Source: Candidatus Latescibacterota bacterium (GTDB lineage: Bacteria; Krumholzibacteriota; Krumholzibacteriia; WVZY01; JAKEHA01). From it: DNA of 64,000 nucleotides. The stretch is from positions 1-64,000 of the forward strand of contig OY970173.1 of NCBI GenBank assembly GCA_963707635.1. The letters run 5' to 3'. Within the stretch, counting starts at the first letter, position 1; the number at the start of each line of letters is the position of its first letter. The position numbers and the translations under genes are program-made. The notes under the pieces were generated by a model, which did not search any database, had not been told where the DNA came from, and saw only the letters and a list, made by a program, of their open reading frames with translations. Positions 58,597-64,000 of the stretch are shown piece by piece.

Positions 58597-59025
58597 TTAA
58601 CGGTGCAGCCGGAGCCTCGTCGATGGCGAACCCTCGCTGCGGGCCAGGACGTCCAGCGTAAGAGAAGAGAACGTCGAGCGCAGGTGCTCGTCGACGCTGT
58701 TGAAGAGCTGGCCCACATGGTCGGGGGCCCCGGCGTCGAGGCGGCGGGTCGCCCCGACCGGGCGCGCGCTCGGCTCGAAGACATCGAGCACGTCGAGAAT
58801 TGTGATCTCCGATGGCGGGCGCGACAGCCGGTATCCCCCGTGCACCCCGCGTACCCCCACCGCCAGCCCCGAACGCACCAGCCGCTGGAGCACCTTGGCC
58901 AGCGCGGCCTCCGGGATCCCGTGGCGCCGCGCGACGAGCGCCACGGTCACCAGCCCGTTGTCCTTCGAACGGGCCATTTCGGTTGCGGCGAAGAGCGCGT
59001 GCCGGGCGGCCTTCGACAGCCTCAC
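58597..59025 (-). CDS. Rrf2-family regulator (BadM-like by context)
   Basis: LAKVLQRLVRSGL...RGVHGGYRLSRPPSEITILDV; GTGA overlap with GNAT gene. Confidence 0.88.
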   Translation of the reverse strand: MRLSKAARHALFAATEMARSKDNGLVTVALVARRHGIPEAALAKVLQRLVRSGLAVGVRGVHGGYRLSRPPSEITILDVLDVFEPSARPVGATRRLDAGAPDHVGQLFNSVDEHLRSTFSSLTLDVLARSEGSPSTRLRLHR

Positions 59026-59510
59026 GCCGGCCCTGACTCCGGCCGCGGCAGGCTGACGTCGAAGTCCAGACACAGTCGCGGCGCAGGACGAAATCCCTCG
59101 TGGTGGAAGAAACCCAGCAGCGACTGATCGTCCCAGCTCACCTCCGTCTGCACGTGCGACACTCCCAACCCGAGGAGGTTGGTGCGAAGCTGGCGCAGCA
59201 GGGCCGCTCCGACTCCGTGGCCGCGGAAGTCGGGGTGGACGTCGATCGTGTCGAGCACGGCGATGGGCTCGGTTCGTCCAAATTCGCCATAGTAGACGCG
59301 GGCGAGCAGGAATCCGACAAAGGAGCCTTCCACATCGGCCGCGAGCGAGACCTTGATCCCGGTTTCGGCCAGATTCTGCTGGAGCTTGACGCGAAAGTAC
59401 TCTTCGCGACGCCGCCCGACGTTCTTCGCGTCCAGTGCCACCACTGCCTCCAGGTCGGACGGGCGCAGGTTGCGCACCACGATTTCATTCACACGAGCGG
59501 ACCGGTTCAT
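59022..59510 (-). CDS. GNAT acetyltransferase (BadL-like by context)
   Basis: GGAGG RBS; VGFLLARVYYGEFG, DVHPDFRGHGVG, LLGFFHHEGF. Confidence 0.88.
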   Translation of the reverse strand: MNRSARVNEIVVRNLRPSDLEAVVALDAKNVGRRREEYFRVKLQQNLAETGIKVSLAADVEGSFVGFLLARVYYGEFGRTEPIAVLDTIDVHPDFRGHGVGAALLRQLRTNLLGLGVSHVQTEVSWDDQSLLGFFHHEGFRPAPRLCLDFDVSLPRPESGPA

Positions 59511-59526
59511 ACTTGCCTCCACTTCC

Positions 59527-60273
59527 TCAGCCGATCAATTGCCCCCCGTCGACGCGCAGCACCTGCCCGGTCACGTGCCGCGCGAGCGGCGACGCCAGGA
59601 ACAGCGCCACGCGCGCCACGTCGTCCGGTTCGCCGAGCCGCCCGAGCACGCTTTCCTCGCGCGCGCGCTGCCGCACGTCCTCGGGAAGCCGACCGGTCAG
59701 GTCGGTTGCGATCATCCCGGGTGCGATCATGTTGACCCGGATTCCGAAGGCCCCGAGCTCACGTGCCGCGGTTCGCCCGAGGCCGATGAGTCCAGCCTTG
59801 CTGGCCGAATAGTTGGCCTGTCCGAATTTCCCCCGTTCTCCGTTGATGGACGTGACGAAGATGACCCCGGCGTCCGTGGCCGCGCGCATGAGCGGGACGG
59901 AACCGCGCAGCAGGTGAAACGCCGCATCGAGGTTGACCCGCATCACGTCCTGCCAGTCTTCCGGCGCCATTTTCCACACCACGGCGTCGCGCGTGATGCC
60001 GGCACAATGCACCAGCAGGTCCAGGCGCCCGAACCGCTTGCCGAGGCCTTCCACCAACGCGGCGATCGCCGCGGCGTCGGCGAGGTCGCACGGAATCGAC
60101 ACCGCGTGCTCTGGCGCCGCCCGGTCCGCGCGATCCACGCTCACCACCGTTGCTCCGGCTTGTTGAAAGCGCCGGACCACCGCCGACCCGATGCCGCCAC
60201 TACCTCCCGTGACGAGGGCAATGCGGTCGCGCAGAGAAAAAAGCGGGGCGAGGTCCCCAGGCGAAGGCGTCAT
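59527..60273 (-). CDS. Short-chain dehydrogenase/reductase (FabG/acetoacetyl-CoA reductase-like)
   Basis: TGGSGGIG, AGITRD, GQANYSASK, TGQVLRVDGG. Confidence 0.92.
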   Translation of the reverse strand: MTPSPGDLAPLFSLRDRIALVTGGSGGIGSAVVRRFQQAGATVVSVDRADRAAPEHAVSIPCDLADAAAIAALVEGLGKRFGRLDLLVHCAGITRDAVVWKMAPEDWQDVMRVNLDAAFHLLRGSVPLMRAATDAGVIFVTSINGERGKFGQANYSASKAGLIGLGRTAARELGAFGIRVNMIAPGMIATDLTGRLPEDVRQRAREESVLGRLGEPDDVARVALFLASPLARHVTGQVLRVDGGQLIG

Positions 60274-61130
60274 GATTGAACCCCGGCTCCAAACGAAATC
60301 CCCCGCGCGGCAAGTTTGCGCGCGCGGAAGGCCCCCCACAGCGCGGCGCCCATGGCACCCGCGTAGGCCGAATCCGGATGCGCGCGGATCTCGAGCGCCG
60401 TCTTCTGCCCCGCCGCCGCTTCGGCGAGCGCCCTCACCAGCCCGATGTCGCCCGCCAGTCCGCCGGTCACGAGCGTCACCCCGCGCGCACCGGCCGACAC
60501 GAGCAGTCGCAGATAGCGCCCCGCCATCGACTGGTGAATGCCCTTGATGATGTTGGGCGCGGAGATGCCGCGCGATACCATGTTGATGACGTCGGTCTCC
60601 GCGAGCACGGCGCAAATGGAAGAGCACGGCTCCGGCTGGTCGGCGGTGAGCGAGAGGGGTCCGATTTCTTCGAGAGTGACGCCGAGATAGCGGCTGATGT
60701 TCTCCAGAAACTGGCCCGACCCGGACGCGCACTGGCTGGTCATTCGGTACCCGAGCACCTTCGCGCGTTCGTCGATGAGTACACCCCGGGTGTGCAGCGC
60801 GCCGATATCCAGCACCGCCCGCGCGTCCGGTTCGAGAAACAGGCCGCCGCGCGCGTGCGTCGTCATGCCATAAAAATGACCGGTGCGAAATGGCACGGAT
60901 TCGCCCTCGCCGGTGGTAGCCACGTAGGCGAGTTCATCCGCGCGCAGGCCCGCGCTCTCGACGCATTCGTGAAAGAGATCCGCGGTGATCTTGATCGGGT
61001 CGCGGCGGCGGATGCGCTCGCTGCCCTTCGCCAGCACCCGCGCGTCCCCCGTCCCGGCGTCCTCCATCACCGCAACTTTGATGGCAGAGGATCCCACGTC
61101 GATTCCAGCCACCCGCATCTCGGCGCTCAT
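60270..61130 (-). CDS. bcrD: Benzoyl-CoA reductase subunit D (BadG), possible independent start
   Basis: GAGGAAAGGAAG upstream of ATG 61130; GIDVGSSAIK, GHFYGMTTHARG, MTSQCASGSGQFLENI, SICAVLAETDVINMVSRG. Confidence 0.8.
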   Translation of the reverse strand: MSAEMRVAGIDVGSSAIKVAVMEDAGTGDARVLAKGSERIRRRDPIKITADLFHECVESAGLRADELAYVATTGEGESVPFRTGHFYGMTTHARGGLFLEPDARAVLDIGALHTRGVLIDERAKVLGYRMTSQCASGSGQFLENISRYLGVTLEEIGPLSLTADQPEPCSSICAVLAETDVINMVSRGISAPNIIKGIHQSMAGRYLRLLVSAGARGVTLVTGGLAGDIGLVRALAEAAAGQKTALEIRAHPDSAYAGAMGAALWGAFRARKLAARGISFGAGVQS

Positions 61131-62447
61131 GCCGTCTTCCTTTCCTCGACGCCGGGTTCCAGCGGCCGGGCCGCGCAGCCCTTCGCGCCGCGCGAACAAC
61201 GCCGCCCCCAGCGCGCCGGTATAGATGGAATCGGGCGAGATGTTCATCTTGATGTCGCCGTAGTTTTCGCCGATGAGGGCCTGAAGAGCCCTCACGGCCG
61301 CGGGGTTCCTGGCCACGCCACCGGTGAACGTGAACTCGCTGCTCACGCCGCCCGAGCGGGCGAGCAGCGACATCGCGCGCAGAATGATGGCCCGATGGAG
61401 ACCCGCCAGGATGTCTTCCCGCTTTTCGCCCAGCGACAGGCGCTCGCGCAGCTCGGCGCCCGCGAACACGGTGCAGGTGGAGTTGATGCGCACCGGCCGC
61501 GACGACTGGCACGCCATCGGACCCAGCTCCTGCAGGCTCATGTTCATCTCGTCGGCGATGTAGCCGAGGTAACGCCCGCACCCCGCCGCGCACCGGTCGT
61601 TCATCTGAAACGACGTCACGATCCCGCGCTCGTCCACCTGAATCGCCTTCGTGTCCTGTCCTCCGATGTCGAGCACCGTCCGCGTGCCCGGAAACATCGC
61701 GTGCGCGCCCAGGCCGTGGCAGAGAATCTCGGAGCGAATCTGCTCCTTCGGGAACGGGAGGGTGGCGCGCCCGTACCCGGTGCCGACGCTGCACGTCACC
61801 TCGAGCGGCACCGCCGCCGCTTCCGCCACCGCGCCGCGCAGCGCGGGCGGGACCTCGGGAAGCGCCCCCAGAGCCGCGCCGACGTGGAGCCCGAAGTTCT
61901 CCGCCCCCGCGGGTCGGTTCTCGACGTCGAGGATCGCCTTGTCGAACAGGCCCACCAGGCGATCGAACGGCACGCCTTCGGAGCGCGCGAGCTCTTCGGC
62001 CAGCCGAAGGTAGATGCTGCCCGCGAGGTCGCGGAAGAAGTCGCTCTTGCGTTTCGCGCCGGGCTGGAACATCGCGCCGGCGTCGCGCTCCATGCGGGAG
62101 AGGATCTCGTCGACCACGCGGGCGACGCCGTTCGCGTCGCGCCTCGTGATGAAGGAGCGCAGCACCTCGGCGAGCATCGCCAGCTGCGCCAGGTACTGCT
62201 CCCGGCGGAAGGCGAGCTCGAGGCGGTCCATCTGATTCCACGTCGCTGCCGCGCCGGCGCGTTCGAGCGCCGCGGACAAGAGCGCAAAGCGCACGTTGAT
62301 CATCGCCTCGCACAACGCCACGTCGCACGCGACCTTGTAGTTGCTGCGGCTGTTGGTGATGCCGCGTCCGAGCACGTCGCCGGCCTCGCCGAGGATCAGC
62401 GCCTTGGTGGTGGTAGAGCCGAGATCGATGCCAACGTTGAGTTTCAT
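60270..62447 (-). CDS. bcrA: Benzoyl-CoA reductase ATPase module: BcrA (BadF) continuing in frame into BcrD (BadG)
   Basis: GIDLGSTTTKA, SEILCHGLGAH, DIGGQDTK, QMNDRCAAGCGRYL; a second ASKHA domain starts at 61130; no intervening stop as read. Confidence 0.88.
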   Translation of the reverse strand: MKLNVGIDLGSTTTKALILGEAGDVLGRGITNSRSNYKVACDVALCEAMINVRFALLSAALERAGAAATWNQMDRLELAFRREQYLAQLAMLAEVLRSFITRRDANGVARVVDEILSRMERDAGAMFQPGAKRKSDFFRDLAGSIYLRLAEELARSEGVPFDRLVGLFDKAILDVENRPAGAENFGLHVGAALGALPEVPPALRGAVAEAAAVPLEVTCSVGTGYGRATLPFPKEQIRSEILCHGLGAHAMFPGTRTVLDIGGQDTKAIQVDERGIVTSFQMNDRCAAGCGRYLGYIADEMNMSLQELGPMACQSSRPVRINSTCTVFAGAELRERLSLGEKREDILAGLHRAIILRAMSLLARSGGVSSEFTFTGGVARNPAAVRALQALIGENYGDIKMNISPDSIYTGALGAALFARREGLRGPAAGTRRRGKEDGMSAEMRVAGIDVGSSAIKVAVMEDAGTGDARVLAKGSERIRRRDPIKITADLFHECVESAGLRADELAYVATTGEGESVPFRTGHFYGMTTHARGGLFLEPDARAVLDIGALHTRGVLIDERAKVLGYRMTSQCASGSGQFLENISRYLGVTLEEIGPLSLTADQPEPCSSICAVLAETDVINMVSRGISAPNIIKGIHQSMAGRYLRLLVSAGARGVTLVTGGLAGDIGLVRALAEAAAGQKTALEIRAHPDSAYAGAMGAALWGAFRARKLAARGISFGAGVQS

Positions 62448-63739
62448 GCCGCGCTCCCGGCGCGTTTTTGCTCGATCATCTGCAAGTACGATTCGAGGCG
62501 GTTCTTGATGTTGGCAGCGGAGAAATAGCGCGGATCAACCAGGTCGCTCTCGATGAAACCGCCGGGCCGCCCGGTGAGCCGCTCCACCTCGCGCAGCATC
62601 ATCAGCTGCCCCGCGCTGAATGAATTGCAGCTCTTGATCGAGTTGATCAGCAACCCATCGGCGTCGAACTCCCGAACGTAGCGGACCAGCATCTCCACGC
62701 GCCGCGGCAGGCTCAGGTTGGTGTAGCAGCCCATGCAGTACTCCGCCAGGCTCTCCAGCGGACGATCGGGGTCGTGGCGGAATCCGAGGTCGTAGACGCC
62801 GCCGACCTTGGTGTAGGTGGACGCGACCACCACCGCTCCCTCGTCGGCAAACATCTTCCAGAACTCGCGGAAGCTCGTCCAGTTGGGCGGCCCCTCCACC
62901 ACCAGGCGGAAACGTTCACGCGCCATGGGGCCGTCGGGCGTGATCGGGCCGAGCCCCTGGTGGGCCCGCTCCTCCACCTCGGCGCGCAGCATGCGATAGT
63001 AGTCGACCGCTTCCTCGGTCCCACGGAATGCGCTGAAGATGGGGCCGATGTAGTACACACCGCCAAAGTACGCGTCGATGGGCGACGGCCTCTGCCGGGC
63101 CGAATTGAGGACCGCTACCAGGTCGTCCTCGGCGCGAGCGGACCGCGCGAGCATCTCGTGCAGCCGATCTTCGTCGTAGCGCCGTCCCGACACGGCCTCC
63201 AGCGCGGGGATGACCTTGTCGCGGAGCTGGTCGACCACGTACCGGCGCATCGAGTCAGTGATCGTCCCGTCACCCTGATAGGGCACGTGCAGCATCACCA
63301 CCGGGCAGTCGTACTCCTCGCGCAGAATCTCGAACCACTTCATGAACGTGAAGCACCCCGTGTAGGACAGGAGCAGCAGGTCGGGTTTCGGCAGGCGCTC
63401 GCCGGTCGGGCCGACGTTGCCCGACTTCATCATCCCGAGGTCGCACTTCACGTACGTGCACACGTCCTCGGAGTGGCCGAGCTTCTCCGCGACCGCGATG
63501 TACTCGCGCGATTTGCCGCGCATGGCCGACTGCAGCGCGTTGATTTCGGGGAGCACGGGGAGGAGATCGAAGCTACGAATCAGCTCGGTGAGGTTGCCGG
63601 GCACGAAGGTGTACACGTTCTTGTCCCCGGTTTCCGGCGCGCGGGCGAGCCGTGAAAAATGCGCGGCAATCATGTTCTTCTGACGAACCTGGCTGTCTTC
63701 CTTGTGAACGCTCGCGGCGCTCGCGCTGACATCCGGCAT
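62444..63739 (-). CDS. bcrB: Benzoyl-CoA reductase subunit B (BadE)
   Basis: TFVPGNL, GHSEDVCTYVK, LLLSYTGCFTFMKWFE, YFGGVYYIGPI, INSIKSCNSFSAGQL, DLVDPRYFSAANIKNRLESY. Confidence 0.95.
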   Translation of the reverse strand: MPDVSASAASVHKEDSQVRQKNMIAAHFSRLARAPETGDKNVYTFVPGNLTELIRSFDLLPVLPEINALQSAMRGKSREYIAVAEKLGHSEDVCTYVKCDLGMMKSGNVGPTGERLPKPDLLLLSYTGCFTFMKWFEILREEYDCPVVMLHVPYQGDGTITDSMRRYVVDQLRDKVIPALEAVSGRRYDEDRLHEMLARSARAEDDLVAVLNSARQRPSPIDAYFGGVYYIGPIFSAFRGTEEAVDYYRMLRAEVEERAHQGLGPITPDGPMARERFRLVVEGPPNWTSFREFWKMFADEGAVVVASTYTKVGGVYDLGFRHDPDRPLESLAEYCMGCYTNLSLPRRVEMLVRYVREFDADGLLINSIKSCNSFSAGQLMMLREVERLTGRPGGFIESDLVDPRYFSAANIKNRLESYLQMIEQKRAGSAA

Positions 63740-63742
63740 GGT

Positions 63743-64000
63743 CTACACCTCGCTCCAGAGCTTGATGGAATCGGCGAACGTTCCCGACTGTTCGCGGATG
63801 ACCTGGAACTGGCCGTTGTTCTCCGCGAACTTGAACGCGGTATATGGAATCCCCGCCCGTTCGAGGGCGCGGATGGTCATGGGCTGGTCGAGCAGGGCGG
63901 GGTCGCAGAAACTGGCGGAGCAGTACACCACGCCCTCGGCGCCGCACTGCCGCACGCGGTCCACCAGCGCCGCGCCCTTCTTCTCGTCGCCGATGTAGCG
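63743..64000 (-). CDS. bcrC: Benzoyl-CoA reductase subunit C (BadD), 3' end only
   Basis: AEGVVYCSASFCDPALLDQPM...FKFAENNGQFQVIREQSGTFADSIKLWS; truncated by window edge. Confidence 0.9.
   Translation of the reverse strand, partial: RYIGDEKKGAALVDRVRQCGAEGVVYCSASFCDPALLDQPMTIRALERAGIPYTAFKFAENNGQFQVIREQSGTFADSIKLWSEV

Overview
High-GC chromosomal window from a diderm bacterium. Three secreted proteins carry FlgD/T9SS-like C-terminal domains (NxPNPF...SGVYFY...KxVxxK/R), which suggests an FCB-group lineage (inference). I recognised no rRNA, tRNA, CRISPR array, integrase or transposase. Contents from left to right: end of a surface-polysaccharide cluster (deacetylase, AAC(3)-family acetyltransferase); an ArsR/SRPBCC pair with a consensus sigma70 promoter and operator; a two-component-linked GT2/LAB_N/ArnT lipid A modification operon; a GT4; NAD-dependent formate dehydrogenase; a PLP decarboxylase; a candidate envelope-signalling module (RsbW-like kinase, STAS, ECF sigma, anti-sigma, 12-aa-repeat membrane protein, peptidase/propeller/barrel outer-membrane protein, PrsW); arfB; secreted proteins; a 295-bp duplication that truncates a YeiH-like gene; pilT; an HtrA; pstSCAB-phoBR-phoU; a six-gene TonB/ExbBD operon divergent from a TonB-dependent receptor and secreted partner; a porin; and the 3' part of a class I benzoyl-CoA reductase operon with SDR, GNAT and Rrf2 genes. 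The strongest unannotated signals are: (1) five promoters sharing one Pho-box-like architecture, linking the TonB system, the receptor and the porin to pst/pho; (2) an identical ECF-type promoter motif upstream of the sigma gene and the repeat-protein gene; (3) a 23-bp exact repeat just before the pstC and pstB starts; (4) an in-frame BcrA-BcrD junction. Four apparent single-base frameshifts, three in short homopolymers, suggest sequencing or assembly indels, so pseudogene and fusion calls need read-level checks. All family assignments come from motif recognition by eye; no searches were run.
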